This document shows, in pieces, positions 1-9,298 of a DNA stretch of 51,981 nt. A model generated the notes under the pieces. That model worked only from the letters and a program-made list of their open reading frames with translations. It made no database searches and was not told the origin of the DNA. The position numbers and the translations under genes are program-made. Source of the stretch: an uncultured Rhodopirellula sp. (GTDB lineage Bacteria; Planctomycetota; Planctomycetia; Pirellulales; Pirellulaceae); assembly GCA_964007735.1 (NCBI GenBank), contig CAXGAI010000032.1, positions 1-51,981 of the forward strand, given 5' to 3'. Numbering within the stretch: the first letter of the stretch is position 1; the number at the start of each line of letters is the position of its first letter.

Positions 1-237
1 AACGCTAACTCCCATTTGTTCCAGTTTGCGAACCTGCTCGCTGTCAGTGGAAACCAGAGCGAACGCCGGACTAGAATCTGGCTCATTATCGATATCCTGC
101 AGGGGATTGAAAATGCCAGATAAAACCAAGCGAGGTTCAAGCTGTTCCGCCTGAACACCAGAACGGAAGTGTCCGTTTCGTACCTTGGGTACGAGGAATT
201 CTGAAGTACTTCTAACGCTGGTTTTGAAAAATGACAA
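1..237 (-). CDS. N-terminus of a secreted planctomycete LEPRxxL-motif protein (partial, runs off the window start)
   Basis: Not in the ORF track. Manual minus-strand translation from TTG at 237 gives LSFFKTSVRSTSEFLVPKVRNGHFRSGVQAEQLEPRLVLSGIFNPLQDIDNEPD..., open to base 1. EQLEPRLVL is the planctomycete extracellular motif. An in-frame TGA lies just upstream. Confidence 0.8.
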   Translation of the reverse strand, partial: MSFFKTSVRSTSEFLVPKVRNGHFRSGVQAEQLEPRLVLSGIFNPLQDIDNEPDSSPAFALVSTDSEQVRKLEQMGVSV

Positions 238-407
238 GGTCGAACTGCAAAGCCGTCAAAGCTTTGAATGGGCTGATGATTCTGAATCAGGCAGTCCTTG
301 CCAAATTTGTTAGGTCCAATATGCCCTAACTTCCGCATCCTGCAGAAGCTTATAAACTAGCATTTTCAGGGGGAGGGGCAAGTATAGAAGCATCCTATAA
401 CCAGTAT

Positions 408-998
408 TTATCGAGGTTTTAATCGATTAATCTTTGGCTGGATTTGGAGTTTGGGAAAGGTGACACCGGTGTAGACGGCGGTTTGCTCAGCATCGGCTGT
501 TCGAAGTTGGAAATAGCCCGATTTAGCACGTGGAGGGTCAATGAACCTGATACGAACGACCTGCCCTGTTTCGGCATGGATGAGCTCAAAACCAGCACCG
601 TTTATAATCTGTTTGAGTTTACTTACCAAAGGACTGTTCTGTGCGGCTGAATTGTAGTTTAAGCCAGCCATATTGGCCAAAATCGTTTGCAATTTGTCCT
701 GTAGATTGCGAGGGTACAAATGGTCATAAAGTAAACCGAGCGCGGCGAGTGGATTTTCTTGAACCGCAAGCGTTGGTTTGAGTGAGGTTTCGGCTCTTTT
801 AGGTGTTTCTTCCGTCCTGGTGTCACTGGAATGGGGTTCCGTGTCGAATCCCAACGCAATATGTTCGTAATCTAAACCGGCAAGAACGTTGTCGAGCCTT
901 TCACGTTCTTTGGTCTTTAACTCTTCAGTTTTATTCTTGCGTTGCTTTCTTTCTGCCCTTCTCTGCTGACGGGAGGAGGATGTTCTTTGGACTTTCAT
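408..998 (-). CDS. hypothetical protein with basic N-terminal helix
   Basis: 196-aa ORF, ATG start, AGGA about 10 nt upstream on the minus strand; no family recognised with confidence. Confidence 0.7.
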   Translation of the reverse strand: MKVQRTSSSRQQRRAERKQRKNKTEELKTKERERLDNVLAGLDYEHIALGFDTEPHSSDTRTEETPKRAETSLKPTLAVQENPLAALGLLYDHLYPRNLQDKLQTILANMAGLNYNSAAQNSPLVSKLKQIINGAGFELIHAETGQVVRIRFIDPPRAKSGYFQLRTADAEQTAVYTGVTFPKLQIQPKINRLKPR

Positions 999-1067
999 AT
1001 ATAGGGTTATCCTATTAGGTTTTATTGTTATCCTACCATGCTCAAAAGTCTAATCTAAACACGAATT

Positions 1068-1089
1068 TGGTCAAGTAATTACCTGACCA
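1068..1089. promoter_or_regulatory. 22-bp near-perfect palindrome, candidate transcription-factor operator
   Basis: TGGTCAaGTAATTACcTGACCA, one mismatched pair, in the divergent intergenic region 999-1402. Confidence 0.45.
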
Positions 1090-1313
1090 CTTCTATGAGC
1101 GGACGTTCAGCCCCCATCTATTAATGCTGGATTTAGAGTAATTGTGATCCAGAGTGTAACTTTAATCCAACCTTAAATCATTGATGCTATTGAAACTGGC
1201 GACTTCCTAGCCAACGCAGCCTGTTTGGGGCATTAGTAGAATCCATTAAGCAGGCGATTTGTTGTTGACCTTGTCAATCGCGATCCAGGAAAGCTTTGAC
1301 GAGAACGTCCTTC

Positions 1314-1341
1314 TTGTCTTGTGTTGCTTACGCGATATAAT
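1314..1341 (+). promoter_or_regulatory. candidate sigma70-type promoter for 1403
   Basis: TTGTCT-N16-TATAAT about 60 nt upstream of the ATG. Confidence 0.4.
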
Positions 1342-1402
1342 TTATTCTAATATCGGTAAATCACTCCAAAGAAGATAAGTTTTAGGTTTAAGGTAACACA
1401 CC

Positions 1403-2815
1403 ATGCACAACCACCGTAAGTTTCTTGTTGAATCCTTGGAAAACAGGCTTCTACTCGCGGCAGACATTGCTTATCAGAATCCTTTGTTATTTCAGGATGT
1501 AAACTTTGATCAGGAGATTTCCTCGATTGATGCATTGCAGGTGATTAATCATCTTAATGATGGTGGTACTTATGCTGAAGATGCGCCGGTTGGCGCTTTT
1601 CTCGATGTGAGTGGCGATGCGCAGACGTCAGCTATTGACGCTCTTCAAATCATTAACGATCTCAATGGCGTTGAGCAAACGAATCAGGCAATCTTTGAGC
1701 AGGTTCAGGATCTTACTTCTGAAGTTGAATTAATGGCTGATTTGTTGCCCGAGGATGTCGAAACACTGGGGCAGAATCTTCTAGCCAAAGTGCAGGAGCA
1801 GTCAGCTGAGTTGGTTGCGATTCGTGCGGATCTCGAGGAATTTCTGAAAACCCCCCGCAAGAATGAGCAATTACTGACGGAGCGTCGTGAACGCTTTAAG
1901 CAGCGAGCAGGTGATTTAGCAGATCATTACATCAAAGAGTTCAATAAGTTAAATGCTGATCCAGAAGCAGCGAATATTGAAGGGCGAGACTTAAAGAAAC
2001 TGGGTTTGCATAAGCGATTCAAAGCCAAATTCGACGAAGTGCGTCACGAGAAACGTAAAGACTATCGTTGGGAAGATTACCTTCCTAAAGAAGAGATAAC
2101 TAAGGAACAGGTTGATCGTCACGTTGAAAAATTACGAAAGGCTGTAGATCAGGGAATTGTTCCGGAATATATCAACGCAGATGAAATCAATGGGGCGATT
2201 CGCTCGTTGAGGGAATATAAAGTATTCGACTTCCGCTTTGGTGATGGTCGTCATGATTTCCAGAATGCGCCCGAAGTAACTCCAACGGAGGTGCTCGAAG
2301 TGTACTCCGATTATGTCAAGGATGGTGACTATCAGTCCGTCGGTAATCGGCACGATTTCATAGTTGATCAGCAAGCTTTTGATGAATTATGGACGGAATG
2401 GAATCCGACGGAAGTGACACCGGAAATTGATTTTGAAGAAAATATGGTCGTTGTCGCTACGGTGGTGGGGCCCAACAAAATTATGATGCAGCCCACCCTG
2501 GACGCATCCGGCAATTTGATGTTGAAAGCCGCTTCCACGAAAATGTGGGGGCCGGGATTTAGCTATCAGATTCAGATTATTCCCAATGAAGGTGTTGAAT
2601 CGGTAAACCATGTTGACATTAACCGTGAAGGTGGAATGCCCACAACCGAAGAGTTGGCTCAGGATAGAATCGACCGATTGCGTCAGTGGAAAGAAGAAGG
2701 CAACCTTCCAAGTTTCATCACTCCTGATTTAGCGGATGATGTCCTTAGTAATCTGGAAAATGGTGAGACACCGCTGGGTAAAATCTTCCGCCGATTCATG
2801 GTTCGCCAAGGCTAG
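1403..2815 (+). CDS. secreted planctomycete protein: LENRLLLA motif, dockerin-type domain, helical region, possible PrcB-like domain
   Basis: ESLENRLLLA; paired dockerin repeats DVNFDQEISSIDALQVINHLN and DVSGDAQTSAIDALQIINDLN; PEIDFEENMVVVATVVG resembles the PrcB C-terminal domain. Confidence 0.8.
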   Translation: MHNHRKFLVESLENRLLLAADIAYQNPLLFQDVNFDQEISSIDALQVINHLNDGGTYAEDAPVGAFLDVSGDAQTSAIDALQIINDLNGVEQTNQAIFEQVQDLTSEVELMADLLPEDVETLGQNLLAKVQEQSAELVAIRADLEEFLKTPRKNEQLLTERRERFKQRAGDLADHYIKEFNKLNADPEAANIEGRDLKKLGLHKRFKAKFDEVRHEKRKDYRWEDYLPKEEITKEQVDRHVEKLRKAVDQGIVPEYINADEINGAIRSLREYKVFDFRFGDGRHDFQNAPEVTPTEVLEVYSDYVKDGDYQSVGNRHDFIVDQQAFDELWTEWNPTEVTPEIDFEENMVVVATVVGPNKIMMQPTLDASGNLMLKAASTKMWGPGFSYQIQIIPNEGVESVNHVDINREGGMPTTEELAQDRIDRLRQWKEEGNLPSFITPDLADDVLSNLENGETPLGKIFRRFMVRQG

Positions 2816-2860
2816 TGGATCCATTCGGTCTCAAAGTGGATAGTAGGAACCTAGAGGATA

Positions 2861-3949
2861 TTAACTGGGATTACTTGTCTCGTATTTTTTCAGCTTTTCT
2901 TCATCGATTACCACGCCTAGTCCGGGAAGTTCAGGAACCTGCATGGTTCCTTCGGTAATAGGAAGCATGTTTTCAAGAATGTCATCACTTAGACCGTAGT
3001 AGGTGCAGTCATTTGGCAGGTTATAGGCAGGCATTGCCGAGCATATATGTAGCATCGCTGCGGTTTTCAGCCCTAGATCATGTCCACAGTGCATGATGAC
3101 TGGTATTTCAGCAGCTTCTGCCAGATGGCCAATTTTCACGCAGGGCAGAATTCCTCCAGCCGTATGTGTGTCAGGCAAAATAAATTCCGCTGCATCAGCT
3201 TCCAGGATCTTGATGACACTCTCCGGCCCTTCGACACTTTCATTCAACGCTATCGGGGTTGTCGTCTGGTCCCGCAGCCATTTGGCGTCACTGAGGGGGT
3301 TTGCCATGATTGGTTGTTCAAAATATTCGAGTTCATAGGGCTCCAGTCTGATCGCTAATTCGGCAGCCTCTTCATTGGAATATGCTCGGTTTGGATCGAT
3401 GCGAAGTTTTAATTTGTCTCCGACCGCATCCCTTACTCCCCGGGCCATTTCGAAGTCTTCGTCAGCATCAGAACCAGCCTTGGTCTTTAGTGCGGTGTAA
3501 CCTTGTTCAACATACCAGCGAGCCATCTCCCCTGCCCGTTCGTAAGACTGGATTCCCATACAGGCTGCCAGTTCAACGCGTTCTCGAACCTTACCGCCAA
3601 GTAATTTGTAGAGCGGTTGGGCATTGTCTTTTCCGATAAGATCCCACATTGCCATTTCGATCCCACAACGCAGTCGGGGTTCAAAAGGGTTGTTTAGATG
3701 AAAGGTTTCCAATTCATAAGGATCCCAGCCGATAATGAATTCACGGGCGTCTCGGTTTTGCTTCTCGATGTCGATAGGGGACAGGAAATTCTGGTTATGT
3801 TCGCCCCAGCCAATTAATCCATTGTCAGTTCCCAGTCTAACAATGGCCTTGGTTGTCCAGTCGCTCGTGCGAATATGAGATCGATAAGGAGCGAGTGGTT
3901 TTGTTTGACTAATTTCAATCAGCAGAACTTGACACTCGTTGATCCGCAT
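2861..3949 (-). CDS. mandelate racemase/muconate lactonizing enzyme family protein (enolase superfamily)
   Basis: GWGE, MAMWDLIGK...PLYKLLGG, KTK motif, metal ligands in RIDPN / FEQP / LNES, His in VIMHC, C-terminal PGLGV. Confidence 0.92.
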   Translation of the reverse strand: MRINECQVLLIEISQTKPLAPYRSHIRTSDWTTKAIVRLGTDNGLIGWGEHNQNFLSPIDIEKQNRDAREFIIGWDPYELETFHLNNPFEPRLRCGIEMAMWDLIGKDNAQPLYKLLGGKVRERVELAACMGIQSYERAGEMARWYVEQGYTALKTKAGSDADEDFEMARGVRDAVGDKLKLRIDPNRAYSNEEAAELAIRLEPYELEYFEQPIMANPLSDAKWLRDQTTTPIALNESVEGPESVIKILEADAAEFILPDTHTAGGILPCVKIGHLAEAAEIPVIMHCGHDLGLKTAAMLHICSAMPAYNLPNDCTYYGLSDDILENMLPITEGTMQVPELPGLGVVIDEEKLKKYETSNPS

Positions 3950-4119
3950 TTTCCAGTTCCCCTTCTAATAGGCTCTAAGGTTTCTTTATTCTGTCATATT
4001 TATAAAGGAAACCGTTAATGTATTTTGGTTGAGCCGCAATTGGGGCGCCCTTTTCAATTGTTTTTGGTATCAATTAGTGTAATCAGGCCTTACGGAAGTC
4101 TGGCAATTAGAGCGGGGAT

Positions 4120-7100
4120 ATGATTTCACACATGTTGTTTCGAGCAAATACCCAAGGCAAAAAGCAAACGGCGTTTATCCTTAATGCCATATGCTGCGTT
4201 TTATTTCTCTGTCTAGCGATAGGTTTTCGTGGCTGTAGTATGTCCGGAATGCAATCCGTTCTGGAGGTGCAGCGGACCCCGCTAGCCTATAACGCGGGAC
4301 TGATTGACGGAATGGCGATGGTCGAGGGAAAGATTCGACAGGAAGATGCCACCTTGCGGACCAAGATTAATGGTCGGGCATGCGTTTATTTTGACTGGAA
4401 AAAAGAGAAGGAGGTAAAGGATTCAGAAGGTGATACATCGTGGAAAACCGTCGCTTCCCAAACGATGTCAGTTGATTTTCGGCTTGTCGATTCTTCCGGC
4501 GAAGTCTTCGTAGCCAATAACCATGGACAACCGGAACGCTTAGTCAAAAAGACTGGCTATCGTAGATATGGGAAATATCGTGAGACAGAGTATGCCATCT
4601 TAGTTGTGGATACGGTAACGGTGGTGGGAGCCTATCGTAGCGAGATAAATCGGATTTCGAGGACGGAACGTCCTTTAGCCACAAAATTCACAATTTCTAC
4701 CCGCGGGGAAGATGCTATCCTCCGCACGCTTGGTTGGAGCAGTATGTTCTGGATGGTGGGGGCCATTTTTCTGTTTGTGTTCTTTGTCGGATTGTTGTTT
4801 GACCTGCTAGGTCAACACCACATCATGATGGCTTCTCTGACACTGTTTGTAACTCTACCTCCGGCGTTGTTTTTGCAGTGGATGTTTGTTACGAATTCGC
4901 AATTGGATGCTGGCCTTGAGCGAGTGCAACACTACAAGCAAGTAGTAGATAGTTTGCCCAAGAAAGAGCAAAGTCAAAGCCTGCGGCTGGCACTTTTAAA
5001 ACGGGATACGAATGTCGCAGTGGAACTTTACGAAACCTACAGAACGCGGACGACAAATATATTGCACAGGTTTTTGGGGGGATACGGCCCGATCGATAAA
5101 TTGCTACTGTCTTCGGAGGAACAATCGGTACTTACCGGCTTCCCGCAGCGAGTACGTACAGGTTCCGTACTTCAGATGAGTTATGTTCTCTTGTTGGCAG
5201 TTGGTGGGATTTTAGGAACTTTGTTGTGCGGCTTTATGGGATACAGAAAGCTCGGAACGAAGAGAATGATTGAGAATATTCCCACGTCACCTGTTAAAGG
5301 AGTGGTTCCGGGACTTACGGAAGTAGTGGGAACGATTCTCAAAAAAGACAAGTTTATTTCCGCGAGATACAGTGGAACCTCGGTGGTTTATTGTCGTTAT
5401 CTTAAAGAGCGGCGAGTCAAAACGGATAAAGATAAATACGAGTGGCGGACGGTTGAGTCCGGAGTTTCATTGACAGACTTCTTGCTCAAAGATGAGACCG
5501 GCCAAATCGTAGTCGATCCCGAGAAAGCCGAAGTCGATGCTTCCCGAACGTATTACAAGCGTACGGGTAATTTGCGGTATTCCGAATGGACGTTGAAACC
5601 AGGACAGGAACTTTATATTCTGGGGCCGGCAGTATTGGATTCTTTTCATGATACAGAGCTTACGATTGAGCATAGTTCTAAGGAAAGACATTTCGTTATT
5701 AGTGATCAAGACGAAAGTTCTGTATTACTGAAGTATGCCAGAACCGGCCTTACCTACCTCGGGATTGGGATAGCCTCTTGCGCCAGCGCTGTGTTTATTC
5801 TTTACGGAGGGGCATCGTTTGATCCGTTTGGATATTTTGCCGGTGCTTTAGTTGCGGTTTTGTTCCTGTTGGTACTCAATGTTGCATTCATCTTCAATGA
5901 TCTGATATTCATGAAGGCCTGGCTCTCCAGAGCCCAGGCAAATCTCAATGTGTCCTTAAAACGACGAGCTGATCTGATTCCCAACTTGGTAGAAATTATG
6001 AAAACAGCGTTGTCATTTGAGAAGGATGTTCAGACAAAAATAGCGCAGTTGCGTCATGGGATAACAAGTGATATCGCGACGACCGATCGAGTGGGAGGTT
6101 TGCTTGATCGGTTTAAGGTGCTGGTTGAGGCGTATCCTACGATTAAGACGGATAAGCTTGTAATGAATCTGGGAAACAGGATTGTTGAAGTGGAAAATCA
6201 ATTGCAGTTTGCACGTTCAGGATTTAACGCGGTCACAGGAACCCACAATATTAGGATTCGTACCTTTCCGGATGTTTTGTTGGCACGACTGATGGGAATG
6301 CAACCTGCCCGTTTCTTTCAGTTGGATCAGCAGCAGGAAGGTCAGGTAGTTGATGTCAATGCCTTACTGGACCGGAAAGCCGACACTGAGCAGCCACCAA
6401 GTCAGGATGACAATGGCGTTCTGGCGACGATGAGTTCTACCGAGTTGTTTGCGGCGGCCGTGTTCTGCGTGCTTTGTGAAGATAGCAAAGTTGATAAGGC
6501 GGAATTTGTCAGATTTTATAAAAATGCATCGTCACTTACTGGTCTCAGTGATCCGAATCAGCTCAAAGCACTCAGCGAAAAGATAGGTGCCTGGGTTTCT
6601 ACGGTAGGATTGAAACAGGCCGTGACTGAAATTGCTAAACGCCTTCAGAGTCTTAGTGGTAATGAAGAAGCTCTTGCATTGATAACGGTTATGAATCGCA
6701 TGGCTGAATCGGATGGGAAAATTACCAGTGCGGAAGAGGCAATGATTGCAAAATTCCGGGACGCGTTAGGCGGAGTAGTTGGGGATGGAACGAACGACTC
6801 TAACCAGGAGATACCTCTTCCTCCTGTTCAGCAAGAGGTGTCTTTGGAGACGCAGCAGGAAATATTGATGCTTGCCCTGATCAGTCTGGTCTCAGCCGAT
6901 GGTGAGATTAAATCCGAGGAATTCGAGGCCATTGTTGAATTCACCATTGCCAACACACCTTTGGCAGATCGAAAGCAGGTTCGTCAGTTAGCTGATTCGG
7001 CACTAGACCGGATTAAAGCAGCCGATCTTGAAGTGATCGTTAAGGATGTTGCTGAACGTCTGCCAAACACATTTAGCAAAGATGTGGTTGCCCAATTGAC

Positions 7101-7197
7101 GCAATTTATTACCCAGTTGTCTGAAGTCGATGGAGAAGTTCACGAAAGCGAGCAGATGATTGCCACCCAATATTTGAAGGCGTTACGGCAGAGTTAA
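4120..7197 (+). CDS. multidomain membrane protein: two GIDE-like domains, LemA domain, two TerB-like domains
   Basis: Two repeats of CVY..W.TV..G....DF.L.D.(S/T)G...V between TM segments; LemA signature NLNVSLKRRADLIPNLV...EAYPTIK...IRTFPDVLLARLMG; C-terminal ADGEIKSEE / SDGKITSAE / VDGEVHESE TerB-type motifs. Confidence 0.8.
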   Translation: MISHMLFRANTQGKKQTAFILNAICCVLFLCLAIGFRGCSMSGMQSVLEVQRTPLAYNAGLIDGMAMVEGKIRQEDATLRTKINGRACVYFDWKKEKEVKDSEGDTSWKTVASQTMSVDFRLVDSSGEVFVANNHGQPERLVKKTGYRRYGKYRETEYAILVVDTVTVVGAYRSEINRISRTERPLATKFTISTRGEDAILRTLGWSSMFWMVGAIFLFVFFVGLLFDLLGQHHIMMASLTLFVTLPPALFLQWMFVTNSQLDAGLERVQHYKQVVDSLPKKEQSQSLRLALLKRDTNVAVELYETYRTRTTNILHRFLGGYGPIDKLLLSSEEQSVLTGFPQRVRTGSVLQMSYVLLLAVGGILGTLLCGFMGYRKLGTKRMIENIPTSPVKGVVPGLTEVVGTILKKDKFISARYSGTSVVYCRYLKERRVKTDKDKYEWRTVESGVSLTDFLLKDETGQIVVDPEKAEVDASRTYYKRTGNLRYSEWTLKPGQELYILGPAVLDSFHDTELTIEHSSKERHFVISDQDESSVLLKYARTGLTYLGIGIASCASAVFILYGGASFDPFGYFAGALVAVLFLLVLNVAFIFNDLIFMKAWLSRAQANLNVSLKRRADLIPNLVEIMKTALSFEKDVQTKIAQLRHGITSDIATTDRVGGLLDRFKVLVEAYPTIKTDKLVMNLGNRIVEVENQLQFARSGFNAVTGTHNIRIRTFPDVLLARLMGMQPARFFQLDQQQEGQVVDVNALLDRKADTEQPPSQDDNGVLATMSSTELFAAAVFCVLCEDSKVDKAEFVRFYKNASSLTGLSDPNQLKALSEKIGAWVSTVGLKQAVTEIAKRLQSLSGNEEALALITVMNRMAESDGKITSAEEAMIAKFRDALGGVVGDGTNDSNQEIPLPPVQQEVSLETQQEILMLALISLVSADGEIKSEEFEAIVEFTIANTPLADRKQVRQLADSALDRIKAADLEVIVKDVAERLPNTFSKDVVAQLTQFITQLSEVDGEVHESEQMIATQYLKALRQS

Positions 7198-7216
7198 GAT
7201 CATTGTCGCAGCGGTT

Positions 7217-8164
7217 CTAACCTAGTAGCCCGATCGTCGTTTCGAAATCCTGTAGTTGTTCCGTGGCACCCAATCCTGTGACACACCAACTCGCTGCCGC
7301 CGTTCCTAGCCGGGCCGCCGATTCGATATCCATTCCCCGGCTTAGACCACTGATAAACCCGGCATAGAAACTGTCTCCTGCCCCCGTGGTATTGACCACA
7401 GGTTTTGGAGGCTTCACAGATGGGATTGCCAGGAATTGTCCTTCTGTGGGACTTAATAGGATGCCCTGCTCTCCTCGCTTGACTCCAACCACACCGCTGG
7501 CTCCACAGTCCCGGAATTTTCCGATCATGTCGTGCGGGAGATGAAGTCCAGTTTGAGATTCGGCCTCGTGTTCAGTTGGTATGTAAATATCTAAATAAGG
7601 AAGGCATTTATCTAGAGGTGCGATGTCTCCTCCTCCACCGGCACAATCAAGTGCTGTTTTGCAACCAGTTGTCTGAACGGCCTGCAGGACTTCGTGAAGC
7701 ATGGGTTCTAAATTAGGCAACAGTGCATAGTACCCAAGTAATAAATATTTAGACTGGGCAATGAAGTCTAGGTTGTTGTCGATTAAGGAGCGGTCGATGG
7801 CTTCGCTGGCACCAGGTTTGTAGGCAAAGATGTGTTCACGTTTGGCATTCATTAGCACGGCGGTTGCACTGGTTTCTAACTCGGCGCGTTGCTCAAAACG
7901 GGATGTGTTCACGCCTTCATTTTGCAGTTTGGAAATGAGGAATTCCCCCCATTCATCCGTGCCGGCCAGAGATAACGCGGCGGTGCGGCTTCCAAGTCTG
8001 GCTAACGCGATACTGCTGTTAGAAACGTTTCCGCCTACAGTAGGAGTGATAGTGTCGAGTGCCCAGGTGCCTTCCTGGTTTAAGGGTTGATCGAAGTTGA
8101 GCGGACCGATCAATAGATCTACACAGGAGATGCCGGCAACAATACAGTCAAATTCAGTAGTCAT
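7217..8164 (-). CDS. PfkB family carbohydrate kinase
   Basis: GGNVSNSSIALARLG, GTDEWG, VKRGEQG and the PfkB signature NTTGAGDSFYAGF. Confidence 0.93.
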   Translation of the reverse strand: MTTEFDCIVAGISCVDLLIGPLNFDQPLNQEGTWALDTITPTVGGNVSNSSIALARLGSRTAALSLAGTDEWGEFLISKLQNEGVNTSRFEQRAELETSATAVLMNAKREHIFAYKPGASEAIDRSLIDNNLDFIAQSKYLLLGYYALLPNLEPMLHEVLQAVQTTGCKTALDCAGGGGDIAPLDKCLPYLDIYIPTEHEAESQTGLHLPHDMIGKFRDCGASGVVGVKRGEQGILLSPTEGQFLAIPSVKPPKPVVNTTGAGDSFYAGFISGLSRGMDIESAARLGTAAASWCVTGLGATEQLQDFETTIGLLG

Positions 8165-8296
8165 ACACGATTGGTTAATTGTGGCTAGGAGGTTAACGAG
8201 GTGATTACGCTTGCGTTAGAATGGATCTTATTGTGCCAAGGAAACAGGTCGTGGTGGTAATTCAGAATAACAAACAGTAAACACAAAAGAAGTAAA

Positions 8297-9298
8297 ATGG
8301 AAAAGTCATTAGACATTAAGATTCGAAATATTTTGGCAGACCCCAGTAGTAACGATTTTATTATTGCTGATGCTAAAGATGGTGATATGGGGTTTGGAGT
8401 TGCCGCCCCGGGATTAAATAAAGAACCATCTCACCTGGAATACGGAAGTGTTAAGGATCATCGCGATAATATGCGAGCGATTGTTGAGCAGGGGTTGGTC
8501 GATATTATGCTGATGAGTGTGAGTGCAAGCGAGCAATTAACACTTGAGGAACGTATTTTTGATGGTTCCACAGTCACTCCTGCTATTCGTGCCAATGATA
8601 CGTCTGACATCTGGTGCGGCCTGAGTGCGAATTACGGCGACCAGCCGTCATTGCCATTTCGTTCGACTACGATTGAGCACGCTCAATGCGGTAAAGCGAT
8701 TTGCTCCGATGAAGAACGTAGTCTGGGGGCTAATCTTGGTTTGTATTCGATGACATTCAATAATGATGCTCAGTTAGACCGCGAGGCATTGCAGGCTTAT
8801 AAAGAGTTTCGTATCGAAGCCGAGCTTAAGGGATTCCGACATTTTCTAGAGGTGTTCGCACCCAACAGTCCTGTCCAGCCAATTGCCGATATACCGCGAT
8901 ATGTGAATGATTGTATTACGCGAACACTCGGAGGAGTGCCGAAGGCCGGTCGTCCCGTATTCCTTAAAATTCCCTACTTCGGTCCCGAGGCAATGGAGCA
9001 GTTGGCACACTACGACAGTTCCATCATCGTCGGAATCCTTGGTGGCTCATCCGGGACAACTCATGATGCATTTCGGATGTTATGGGAGTCTAAGAAATAC
9101 GGTGGTCACGCGGCTCTATTTGGACGTAAGATTAACAATTCTGAGCATCCACTGACATTTGTCAAGTTCCTGCGCCATCTGGCCGACGGCGATCTGGAAC
9201 CGGAGCAGGCAGTTCGTGATTATCATGGCGAACTATCAAATCTCGGAGTGGAGCCTTACAGATCACTGGAAGATGACTTGCAGGTCACTCAGTTCTAA
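8297..9298 (+). CDS. class I aldolase-like TIM-barrel protein (DhnA/LacD-like fold), substrate unknown
   Basis: Strand-end motifs FLEVF, FLKIPY (candidate Schiff-base Lys), ILGG and ALFGRKI match the class I aldolase pattern. Confidence 0.6.
   Translation: MEKSLDIKIRNILADPSSNDFIIADAKDGDMGFGVAAPGLNKEPSHLEYGSVKDHRDNMRAIVEQGLVDIMLMSVSASEQLTLEERIFDGSTVTPAIRANDTSDIWCGLSANYGDQPSLPFRSTTIEHAQCGKAICSDEERSLGANLGLYSMTFNNDAQLDREALQAYKEFRIEAELKGFRHFLEVFAPNSPVQPIADIPRYVNDCITRTLGGVPKAGRPVFLKIPYFGPEAMEQLAHYDSSIIVGILGGSSGTTHDAFRMLWESKKYGGHAALFGRKINNSEHPLTFVKFLRHLADGDLEPEQAVRDYHGELSNLGVEPYRSLEDDLQVTQF

Noticed and set aside
4120..7197. Calling the TerB/GIDE fusion an anti-phage system or ubiquitin ligase
   Set aside because: No RING, E1/E2, nuclease or NTPase partner, and no defence-island context in the window.
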